Assembly: GCA_964435015.1 (NCBI GenBank)
Contig: CAYSXP010000015.1
Location: forward strand, 6,340 to 70,339
Length of the DNA: 64,000 bases
Direction of reading: 5' to 3'
Source of the DNA: an uncultured Rikenellaceae bacterium
GTDB taxonomy: Bacteria > Bacteroidota > Bacteroidia > Bacteroidales > VadinHA17
In this document: positions 10,039 to 17,698 of the stretch, piece after piece
How positions within the stretch are numbered: position 1 is the stretch's first letter
How the letters are laid out: each line of letters begins with the position of its first letter
Program-made: the position numbers and the translations under genes
Notes under the pieces: model-generated
Told to the model about the DNA's origin: nothing
What the model saw: only the letters and a program-made list of their open reading frames with translations
Databases searched by the model: none

Positions 10039-10071
10039 AGAACCTGGCAAGAACCTGGCAAGAACCTGGCA
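10039..10071. repeat. Three perfect tandem 11-bp repeats, AGAACCTGGCA
   Basis: Read directly at 10039-10049, 10050-10060 and 10061-10071. Confidence 0.95.
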
Positions 10072-10076
10072 ACATG

Positions 10077-10112
10077 AAAAAACCACCTATACTTGAAATC
10101 GTATAGGTGGTT
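10077..10112 (-). terminator. Intrinsic terminator downstream of the duplicated tRNA-Gln 3' end
   Basis: Perfect 12-bp stem AACCACCTATAC/GTATAGGTGGTT, 8-nt loop, T-tract on the minus strand. Confidence 0.75.
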
Positions 10113-10121
10113 CATTATTAA

Positions 10122-10139
10122 GTTGCTCCGTCAGGGCTC
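10122..10139 (-). repeat. 18-bp direct repeat of the tRNA-Gln 3' end (att-like)
   Basis: GTTGCTCCGTCAGGGCTC is identical at 10122-10139 and 10226-10243. Confidence 0.9.
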
Positions 10140-10195
10140 CCCGAAAAACCTCGGAGGTTCGGTTTTCCGGGGTAAACTTCTCACCCTTCCGTCAC

Positions 10196-10225
10196 AAAAA
10201 AAGCTGCAAATGCTTGCAGCTTTTT
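10196..10225 (-). terminator. Intrinsic terminator of tRNA-Gln
   Basis: AAAAAGCTGCAA-ATGC-TTGCAGCTTTTT hairpin directly 3' of the tRNA. Confidence 0.85.
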
Positions 10226-10226
10226 G

Positions 10227-10299
10227 TTGCTCCGTCAGGGCTCGAACCTGAACTTTTCTGATCCAGAGTCAGACGTGTTGCCAGTTACACCACGGAGCA
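10227..10299 (-). tRNA. tRNA-Gln (CTG)
   Basis: Minus strand: TGCTCCG TGGTGTAACTGGCAACACG TCTGA-CTCTGGA-TCAGA AAAGT TCAGG TTCGAGC CCTGA CGGAGCA A. Full cloverleaf; CCA not encoded. Confidence 0.96.
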
Positions 10300-10310
10300 G
10301 TTTTCGGGGG

Positions 10311-10341
10311 CAAAGATAAATATAAATGTAAAAACCACAAA
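10311..10341 (-). promoter_or_regulatory. Bacteroidota sigma-ABfr-type promoter for tRNA-Gln
   Basis: Minus-strand TTTG (10341-10338), a 19-nt spacer, then TATCTTTG (10318-10311), matching TTTG-N19-21-TAnnTTTG. Confidence 0.7.
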
Positions 10342-10406
10342 CAAGAATAACAGCTAACCGGTTGGGATCTGATGGCTGAATTGAAATACCAGCCCTCATC
10401 CTGCGG

Positions 10407-12107
10407 CTATTTGTTCATCTTCGCCCATGTGTCTTTCAATCCTACGGTTCGGTTGAAAACCAGATGGCCGGGTGTTGAATCATAGTCGATGCAGAAATAA
10501 CCCAGGCGCTGGAACTGAAACTTGTCAAGATACCTGGCTGATTTCAGCGACGGTTCCACCTTGCAGCCCCTCAGTATCTTCAGGGAATCCTTGTTGAGGA
10601 AATTCCGGTAATCGTCTTCCTTCTGTCCTGCCGGATCCTCATGATCAAAAAGGCGGTCGTACAATCTCACCTCTGCATCCAGGGCGTGGGCTGCAGAAAC
10701 CCAGTGGAGCGTGCCCCTGACCTTTTTGTCTGACAACTGGCCGCCGCTCCTGGTTTGGGGATCGTATGTGCAATGAACTTCCGTGATCTTCCCATCAGAT
10801 TCCTTAATGAATCCGGTGCATCTGATGATGTAGGCTCCCTTTAGGCGGACCTCGCTTCCGGGTGAAAGCCTGAAAAACTTATGCGGAGGGTTTTCCATGA
10901 AATCATCCTGTTCGATGTACAGCTCACGGGAAAAAGGCACTTTGCGGCTTCCCATGGTTTCATCTTCAGGATTATTTATCAGATCAACCTCTTCAACCAT
11001 GTTTTCGGGGTAATTGGTGATTACCACCTTCAGGGGATTCAACACACCAAAAACCCGCGGAGTCCTGAGGTTAAGATCGTCCCTGACTGCATGCTCAAGC
11101 AGGGAAATGTCATTTATTGCCTCATATTTTGTGTAACCGATAAGGTCGATGAATTTCCTTATTGATTCCGGGGTGTATCCCCTCCGCCGCAGGCCGCAGA
11201 GAGTCGGCATCCTGGGATCGTCCCATCCTGATACACTTCCATCCTGAACAAGTTCAAGAAGCTTTCGCTTGCTCATCACCGTGTATGTAAGATTAAGCCT
11301 GTTGAACTCGATCTGCCTGGGTCGGTATTCGTCTGTCTTAAGCTGATCGATGAGCCAGTCGTACAGGGGCCTGTGTACTTCAAACTCGAGAGTGCAGAGG
11401 GAATGGGTAATGCCTTCAAAATAATCGCTCTGGCCGTGGGCAAAATCATACATGGGATACACTTTCCATTCCTCTCCGGTTCGGTGGTGGGATGCCTTGA
11501 TGATCCTGTAAATGATCGGATCACGCATATGCATGTTAGGGGAAGTCATATCGATTTTTGCCCTCAGAACCCTGCTGCCTTCTTCAAATTCGCCTTTGTT
11601 CATCCTTTCAAAAAGGTCGAGATTTTCCGGTACCGGCCTTTCACGGTAAGGGCTTAATATACCCGGTTGAGATGGTGTTCCTTTCTGGGCCGAAATGACA
11701 TCGGCGGGCTGATCATCCACGTAAGCAAGGCCGCGCTTTATAAGGTCAATTGCAAAATCACTGAGTTTTCCGAAATAGTCGGAAGCATAATATTCCCTTT
11801 CCTCCCAGTCAAAGCCAAGCCATCTTATGTCTTCCTTTATTGATTCAATATATTCGACTTCCTCCTTTACAGGATTTGTATCATCGAAGCGAAGGTTGCA
11901 CTTGCCACTGTATTTTTGAGCCATTCCGAAATCGAGACAGATAGCCTTTGCATGTCCTATGTGGAGATATCCGTTGGGTTCGGGAGGGAATCGGGTATGT
12001 ATCCTTCCTCCGTTCTTACCTTCCCCGAGATCATCAATAATTATCTGCTCAATAAAACTGACCGGCGATTTTGATTCTTCCCCGGCGATAATGTCTTCTT
12101 CACTCAT
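10407..12107 (-). CDS. glnS: Glutamine--tRNA ligase
   Basis: [17 protein letters not shown] (HIGH), [23 protein letters not shown] and [10 protein letters not shown]. Confidence 0.98.
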   Translation of the reverse strand: MSEEDIIAGEESKSPVSFIEQIIIDDLGEGKNGGRIHTRFPPEPNGYLHIGHAKAICLDFGMAQKYSGKCNLRFDDTNPVKEEVEYIESIKEDIRWLGFDWEEREYYASDYFGKLSDFAIDLIKRGLAYVDDQPADVISAQKGTPSQPGILSPYRERPVPENLDLFERMNKGEFEEGSRVLRAKIDMTSPNMHMRDPIIYRIIKASHHRTGEEWKVYPMYDFAHGQSDYFEGITHSLCTLEFEVHRPLYDWLIDQLKTDEYRPRQIEFNRLNLTYTVMSKRKLLELVQDGSVSGWDDPRMPTLCGLRRRGYTPESIRKFIDLIGYTKYEAINDISLLEHAVRDDLNLRTPRVFGVLNPLKVVITNYPENMVEEVDLINNPEDETMGSRKVPFSRELYIEQDDFMENPPHKFFRLSPGSEVRLKGAYIIRCTGFIKESDGKITEVHCTYDPQTRSGGQLSDKKVRGTLHWVSAAHALDAEVRLYDRLFDHEDPAGQKEDDYRNFLNKDSLKILRGCKVEPSLKSARYLDKFQFQRLGYFCIDYDSTPGHLVFNRTVGLKDTWAKMNK

Positions 12108-12192
12108 CTCTCAGAAATTTAAGATTACAAAAATAGGATGAATTTGAGACCCAACTATAAAAAAATAATTTTTTCCTTGGTGATACATTCGC

Positions 12193-12286
12193 CTCACCCC
12201 CTCTTATCCCCCGCTCCCAGGAGAGAAGGGGAGCGGGAACCACGCAGTCAACAGCCCCTCTCTTTTAGGAGAGGGGTTGGGGTGAG
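12193..12286. repeat. Nested palindromic REP-like intergenic element
   Basis: Outer inverted repeat CTCACCCC/GGGGTGAG enclosing hairpins CCCGCTCCC/GGGAGCGGG and CCCCTCTC/GAGAGGGG. Confidence 0.7.
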
Positions 12287-12380
12287 ATAAACCAGTGCAG
12301 GGGGAGGGATTTTGGGAGAGCTAAACCAATCCGGGGGAGCAAGAATCAGTACTCATTGGTAATAATTTTTTTAGTAGTTT

Positions 12381-12671
12381 TCAGGGATTCAGATAATCCT
12401 TCAGCGCGTCCACGTATTCAACGAACTTCTGCCTTCCCAGGGGAGTGATCCGGCAGAGAGTCTGGGGATAATTATTGCTGAATTTTTTTTCCACGTCTAT
12501 GTAACCGGCTTCTTTAAGCTTCGATATCTGCACGCTCAGGTTCCCGGCCGTTGCACCTGTTTGTTCCCTGAGAAAGGTGAATTCGGCTGCCTCCACGCCT
12601 GCCAGCAGTGAGATCACTGCCAGCCTGAGCTGGGAATGAATGACCGGATCAAGCTCTTTAAACGGTCTCAT
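12381..12671 (-). CDS. Winged-helix transcriptional regulator (HTH_34/MarR-ArsR-like)
   Basis: LDPVIHSQLRLAVISLL, EFTFLREQTGATAGNLSVQISKLKEAGYI and ITPLG; overlaps the upstream gene's stop. Confidence 0.9.
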   Translation of the reverse strand: MRPFKELDPVIHSQLRLAVISLLAGVEAAEFTFLREQTGATAGNLSVQISKLKEAGYIDVEKKFSNNYPQTLCRITPLGRQKFVEYVDALKDYLNP

Positions 12672-13245
12672 GGTCAACCTTCCTTTTTAACATATACCCG
12701 GGTAACAGATATCCTGTAAACATCGCCACCGGAACAGCAAGAGCCGAAATTTCATTCTCCGCGAAACGTGCAATCAGTGCAAATATCCAGAAAGTTATCC
12801 CCCCTAATATCAACGGCCTGAATTTAATGATGAATCCCGAAAGGAAAGTCGGTATGGCTGCAAGTGTAAGTATAAACGGAGCAACAAACTGCATTTTATC
12901 TGACAGAATGATGAAAAGAACCACCCCTGCAATTAAAAAGGCCATCCATGTCCAGACATAGATATTGTCGGCATAAGTATAAAACCTTGCTTTCCTGCCT
13001 GTTTTGAATCCATATATCAGGGAGACAAACACTCCCGGTATTACAAAAAACCAGACATACCAGTAAGATGATATTTCTGTGAATTTCCAGAGTATGTACT
13101 CTGAAAGGCTGCACGCAAGTATGAGCCAGCCCCAGAAGAGAAAATGAAAGCTGCTGTTGCGGATATTCACTTTTGTCCTGCTGATCATATCTGTAATGAT
13201 CTTAAGACTCTCTTCTCCCGTCATTAATTTTTCATCAGTTTCCAT
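12658..13245 (-). CDS. Conserved multi-pass membrane protein paired with the HTH_34 regulator
   Basis: EESLKIITDMI N-terminus, FLFWGWL, about six hydrophobic segments, GYLLPGYML; start moved to ATG 13245. Confidence 0.75.
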   Translation of the reverse strand: METDEKLMTGEESLKIITDMISRTKVNIRNSSFHFLFWGWLILACSLSEYILWKFTEISSYWYVWFFVIPGVFVSLIYGFKTGRKARFYTYADNIYVWTWMAFLIAGVVLFIILSDKMQFVAPFILTLAAIPTFLSGFIIKFRPLILGGITFWIFALIARFAENEISALAVPVAMFTGYLLPGYMLKRKVDHETV

Positions 13246-13293
13246 AATAATTCTTAATTTTAATTGTGACAATTAATAATTATAAATATATTA

Positions 13294-13322
13294 CAAATAT
13301 AAAGTAGTTTATAATATAAACT
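13294..13322 (-). promoter_or_regulatory. -7 promoter box plus a 17-bp palindromic candidate operator
   Basis: Minus-strand TATATTTG at 13301-13294; perfect inverted repeat AGTTTATA-A-TATAAACT at 13306-13322. Confidence 0.55.
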
Positions 13323-13524
13323 TAAATTCAGACATAAAATTTTTAATATTTGCGGAACAAACCTCAAGCTATTGATTATTAATATTATAGTTGCAAAAAT
13401 GAAACCTTTGTGACTCTCTGCGGATTTTCAGTACTCTCTGTTTATGTTCTTAAATCAGTTAAACAACCGCACATGAAGGGAGTATTTTACTAAGATTAGT
13501 TATGAAATAAAAAGACAGGTTTTT

Positions 13525-13875
13525 ATGGGACTGATACAGATTGAGGGAATGGAGTTTTATGCCTATCACGGGCATTATAAGGAAGAACAGAAAGTCGGGA
13601 ACAGGTTCATGGTTGACCTTGTGATGGAAACAGACATGACAAAGCCATCTGAATCTGATAATTTAAAGGATGCGGTGAATTACCAGGCGGCTTACGAGAT
13701 TGTAAAAAAACAGATGGAGATGAAATCATATCTTCTTGAGAATATTGCAGGAAGGATTTTAAGCGCAATCCATGCCGAACTGGAAGGTGTGAAAAAAGTA
13801 ATTGTCAAGGTTTCAAAGATAAATCCGCCAATGGGCGGCAAGATCAGCTCGGTCAGTGTGGTTCTTGAAGGGTAG
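13525..13875 (+). CDS. folB: Dihydroneopterin aldolase
   Basis: IEGMEFYAYHG..EEQKVGNRFMVDL, SDNLKDAVNY, LLENIA and SKINPP. Confidence 0.97.
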   Translation: MGLIQIEGMEFYAYHGHYKEEQKVGNRFMVDLVMETDMTKPSESDNLKDAVNYQAAYEIVKKQMEMKSYLLENIAGRILSAIHAELEGVKKVIVKVSKINPPMGGKISSVSVVLEG

Positions 13876-13940
13876 CAGGGCTTTTTCCTGTCGGCAGGAA
13901 AAAAATATGTTTTAAAATATCATCCCGCATAAAAATAATT

Positions 13941-16900
13941 GTGATGAGACTATTGCTTATTTTGCTCAGTGTTATTTTGTTAACAGTAAATTGCACGGAA
14001 AGGTTTCCTGAAAATCATGATCCGGTGACTGTTCAGATGCTGAAGGATGGATTTGTAAGTCCTCCCGATTCTGTAAAGCCAGGGGTTTACTGGTACTGGA
14101 TAAGTGACAATAACACAAAGGAAGGGATCACGAAGGATCTGGAAGCCATGGCTGATGCCGGTATCGGGGAAGCCATGATCGGCAATATCGGGTATGAGTG
14201 GATGCCTTATGGAAATAACCGTATTCTGGGCGAAGAATGGTGGCAGCTGATTGAGCATGCCATACGGGAAGGCAAAAGGACAGGAGTAGATATCGGGATA
14301 TTCAACAGCCCGGGCTGGAGCCAGTCGGGCGGTCCCTGGGTCGGCACCGGGGAATCGATGCGATATCTTTACTGCACTGAAATGACAGTTGAAGGCGGCA
14401 CGAAGGTGCGGAGAAAGCTGTCTCATCCCGTTGAGAACTATCAGCTGCTGAAAGTCCTGGGATTTCCTTCGCCCGAAACTGAGTCTTCCCTTCTCAACAG
14501 TGCAAATGCCGTGATTACCACTATTCCCCGGCTGGATAACGCTATTAATCTTATTGATGGGGATACGGGTACGGTGTGCCTCTTCAGGAGGGCAGGAAAG
14601 GCGTCGGAAATACTGATTGAACTTGAAAGCCGCGAACCGTTTGTTGCGAGAAGCCTGAAATTGTATCCGGCAGGCATCTCATTTGCCGCTGATGCAGAGA
14701 TAATGGCCTTAACCGAAGACGGGTCCTTCAGGCCGGTCAGGAAATTCAGGTACGACCGGAGCAATCCGCGGGTAAATGTCGGGCCGGTCCCTGAAGCGCC
14801 TGTGGCGGTTGCGCTTCCGGAAACTTCGTCAACCAGATTCAGGCTGATACTGAATAACTTCAGCCTTAGCAACTACCTTACTTCCCGGCCCGGCAATGCC
14901 TCTGATGCCGGATTGTCAGAGATTGTCCTTTCAGGTGTACCGGTTGTTGAAAGCTATATGGAAAAGCAGCTTGGCAAGATGTGCCAGACTCCATTTCCCT
15001 TGTGGAACGAGTATCAGTGGGAGCCACAGGAGGAAAGCGGCACCGGGGAAATGAAGGTCAATCCTCTGGAAGTGCTGGATCTTACATCCGGAATATCGGC
15101 CGACGGGACACTTGACTGGGATGTTCCCGGAGGCAGGTGGATCATCCTGCAGATCGGGGCCGTTCCCACAGGTGCCATGAATGCACAGGCGGCACCCAAC
15201 GCTGTGGGATGGGAAGTCGACAAAATGAACAGGGATCATCTGAAAAGGCATTTTGACGCCTACATCGGCAATCTTATACGAAGAATGCCTCCGGAGGAGA
15301 GGACAGCATTAAAGCATGTTGTTCTTGACAGTTATGAGCAGGGGTCGCAGAACTGGACTGAGGGAATGATCGGGGATTTCATGGAGAGGTATGAATATGA
15401 TCCTGTCCCGTGGTTCCCTGTGCTGACAGGCAGGGTGGTGGGGTCAGCAGACCAGTCGGACCGTTTCCTTTGGGATTGGAGGAGGCTGGTCGCGGACCGG
15501 ATTGCATATGATTATGTTGGAGGTTTCCGTGAACTGTGTGCAGCAAACGGACTGAGGATATGGCTTGAGAATTACGGGCACTGGGGTTTTCCTTCAGAGT
15601 TCCTGATGTACGGAGGGCAGAGCCATGATGTAGCCGGGGAATTCTGGAACGAGGGTGAACTCGGAAACATTGAATGCCGTGCCGCATCATCGGCAGCTCA
15701 TATTTACGGTAAAAGGCTGGTCTCGGCTGAATCATTCACTTCCGCCGGGCAGGCATACCGGAGGTACCCGGCGATGCTTAAAAAGCGGGGAGACTGGAGC
15801 TATACCGAAGGAATAAACCAGGTTGTACTCCACCTTTATATCCATCAGCCCTATGAAGACAGAAACCCCGGAATCAATGCATGGTTCGGGACAGAATTCA
15901 ACAGGAAGAACACCTGGTTCAGGCAGTCGAAACACTGGATCGATTACCAGCGCCGGTGCATGTTCATGCTCCGGAGGGGGCTTCCGGTAAATGATGTCTG
16001 TTATTTTATCGGGGAGGATGTTCCGAAGATGACGGGGGTCAGAATTCCGGAACTTCCACCGGGATATTCCTACGATTATATAAATGCGGAAGTGATCCTT
16101 GACAGGCTGACCGTTAAAGATGGCCTTCTTGTCCTTCCCGATGGCATGAGCTACAGGCTCATGGTGCTTCCACCGCTTGAAACCATGCGGCCCGAGGTAC
16201 TCAAAAAGATCGGCATGCTTGTGGAAAAGGGGGCAAAGGTATACGGACCCCCGCCCTCCAGGTCGCCCGGCCTGCATAACTATCCTGAAGCAGACAGAAC
16301 TGTGCAAAGACTTGCCGGAGAATTATGGCAGACCGCGAATGCTGACCGATCCCTCAGAGGCTGCGTTATGGATAACATGAGCCTGAGGGAAGCACTTGAT
16401 ATTGCGGGAGTGCAGCCCGATGTCAGCCTGCCTGAAAATACTCCGGTATTGTGGATCCACAGGAAGATGAAGGATTGTGAGATCTATTTCATTACCAGTC
16501 AGAGCGATGAAAGGATAAGTTTCGATGCGGGTTTCAGGGCAGGCAGGATGCAGCCGGAACTGTGGGATCCTTTGAACGGGATGATACGTGATCTTAGCGA
16601 GTTCACCCACAGGGAAGGAATGACGATAACCCCGTTGCAGCTTGAACCTTACGGAAGTGCGTTCATTGTTTTCAGAAAAAGTTCAGGAAACAGATCTGGA
16701 AAACCGGGAGCCCCAGCAAATTTCCCCAATCCTGTAACTCTTGTTCAGATAAACACCCCGTGGGAAGTGACGTTTGACAGAAAACCCAATGGCCCTGAAA
16801 ACAGCATCATGATGGATATTCCTGAAGACTGGTCAAAGAGCCTGGATGAAAGAATCAGGTATTACTCAGGGAGTGCAATTTACAGGAACAGGTTTACCCT

Positions 16901-17225
16901 GAACGAAATTCCGGAAGGAGAAAACATTATTATTGATCTGGGGAAAGTTGGTGTTATGGCGGAAGTGAAAGTAAATGGCATATTTGCGGGAGGAGCCTGG
17001 ACTCCACCATGGACGGCCGATATAACAAAAATGGTTAAGCAGGGTGAAAACACATTGGAGATTGAGGTGGTGAACAACTGGATAAACCGGCTTATCGGCG
17101 ACAGCAGGCTCCCTGAGAACGAGAGGACCACCTGGCTCAATGAGAATCCTGTCAGGCCGGATGATCCTCTTCAGCCCTCAGGGCTGATAGGGCCGGTAGT
17201 TGTCAGTTCAGTTAAGTTCCGGTAA
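13941..17225 (+). CDS. GH106 alpha-L-rhamnosidase-like glycoside hydrolase
   Basis: PGVYWYWISDN.TKEGITKDLEAMADAGIG, FNSPGWSQSGGPW, VLDSYEQG, VSAESFT and GINQVVLH; C-terminal GH2-type sugar-binding domain. Confidence 0.9.
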   Translation: MMRLLLILLSVILLTVNCTERFPENHDPVTVQMLKDGFVSPPDSVKPGVYWYWISDNNTKEGITKDLEAMADAGIGEAMIGNIGYEWMPYGNNRILGEEWWQLIEHAIREGKRTGVDIGIFNSPGWSQSGGPWVGTGESMRYLYCTEMTVEGGTKVRRKLSHPVENYQLLKVLGFPSPETESSLLNSANAVITTIPRLDNAINLIDGDTGTVCLFRRAGKASEILIELESREPFVARSLKLYPAGISFAADAEIMALTEDGSFRPVRKFRYDRSNPRVNVGPVPEAPVAVALPETSSTRFRLILNNFSLSNYLTSRPGNASDAGLSEIVLSGVPVVESYMEKQLGKMCQTPFPLWNEYQWEPQEESGTGEMKVNPLEVLDLTSGISADGTLDWDVPGGRWIILQIGAVPTGAMNAQAAPNAVGWEVDKMNRDHLKRHFDAYIGNLIRRMPPEERTALKHVVLDSYEQGSQNWTEGMIGDFMERYEYDPVPWFPVLTGRVVGSADQSDRFLWDWRRLVADRIAYDYVGGFRELCAANGLRIWLENYGHWGFPSEFLMYGGQSHDVAGEFWNEGELGNIECRAASSAAHIYGKRLVSAESFTSAGQAYRRYPAMLKKRGDWSYTEGINQVVLHLYIHQPYEDRNPGINAWFGTEFNRKNTWFRQSKHWIDYQRRCMFMLRRGLPVNDVCYFIGEDVPKMTGVRIPELPPGYSYDYINAEVILDRLTVKDGLLVLPDGMSYRLMVLPPLETMRPEVLKKIGMLVEKGAKVYGPPPSRSPGLHNYPEADRTVQRLAGELWQTANADRSLRGCVMDNMSLREALDIAGVQPDVSLPENTPVLWIHRKMKDCEIYFITSQSDERISFDAGFRAGRMQPELWDPLNGMIRDLSEFTHREGMTITPLQLEPYGSAFIVFRKSSGNRSGKPGAPANFPNPVTLVQINTPWEVTFDRKPNGPENSIMMDIPEDWSKSLDERIRYYSGSAIYRNRFTLNEIPEGENIIIDLGKVGVMAEVKVNGIFAGGAWTPPWTADITKMVKQGENTLEIEVVNNWINRLIGDSRLPENERTTWLNENPVRPDDPLQPSGLIGPVVVSSVKFR

Positions 17226-17243
17226 TTGCCTGACTCATTTTTA

Positions 17244-17316
17244 CCCCTTCCCTTATTGTTTAAGGGAAGGGGTCGGGGGAAGGGTTAAGAAACGACATGG
17301 AGAGGCTCGGGGTGAG
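17244..17316. repeat. Palindromic REP-like element, same family as 12193-12286
   Basis: Perfect 12-bp stem CCCCTTCCCTTA/TAAGGGAAGGGG, followed by GGAGAGGCTCGGGGTGAG. Confidence 0.65.
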
Positions 17317-17381
17317 AGTTAAGACAGAAGGATGAAGCATGAAGTATGCAAGAGAGTTAGTTTTGATAAAGAAATTTTTAT

Positions 17382-17389
17382 TACTTTTG
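17382..17389 (+). promoter_or_regulatory. -7 promoter box upstream of the tRNA-Cys pair
   Basis: TACTTTTG matches TAnnTTTG; a TTTG at 17362-17365 has shorter than canonical spacing. Confidence 0.5.
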
Positions 17390-17404
17390 CAAACCAGATT
17401 TATT

Positions 17405-17529
17405 GGTCAGTTGTCCGAGTGGCCAGGAATTCCCGAGTCCTCGGGACAAAACCGGCTACGGCGGTTCGAACCGGGCGAGCGAAGCGATTAAGTTCGTGAG
17501 TCGCCAGGCGAGCAGCCCGCCACCGATCT
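17405..17529 (+). pseudogene. Pseudo-tRNA-Cys with two hairpin insertions
   Basis: Collinear with tRNA-Cys at 17566-17636. TCCCGAGTCCTCGGGA replaces the anticodon arm 5' side, about 45 nt are inserted after GGTTCGAA, and it ends CCGCCACCGATCT versus CCGCCACTGACCT. Confidence 0.75.
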
Positions 17530-17565
17530 TTGAAGGTTTTAAAATAGGATTATTACAGATTTATT

Positions 17566-17636
17566 GGTCAGTTGTCCGAGTGGCTAGGAATCGGTCTGCA
17601 AAACCGGCTACGGCGGTTCGAATCCGCCACTGACCT
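17566..17636 (+). tRNA. tRNA-Cys (GCA)
   Basis: GGTCAGT TGTCCGAGTGGCTAGGAA TCGGT-CTGCAAA-ACCGG CTAC GGCGG TTCGAAT CCGCC ACTGACC T; full cloverleaf. Confidence 0.95.
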
Positions 17637-17640
17637 CAAC

Positions 17641-17676
17641 AAAAATCCCCCTGCGCTGCACGCAGAGGGATTTTTT
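17641..17676. terminator. Bidirectional terminator between tRNA-Cys and pntB
   Basis: AAAAATCCC-C-CTGCG / CGCAG-A-GGGATTTTT hairpin with A and T tracts on either side. Confidence 0.8.
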
Positions 17677-17698
17677 GTATCCTGGCAGTTTCACACTG

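Noticed and set aside
10227-12107. glnS next to tRNA-Gln as a special regulatory system (e.g. T-box)
   Set aside because: The tRNA has its own canonical promoter at 10311-10341, and no T-box-like leader is visible upstream of glnS.
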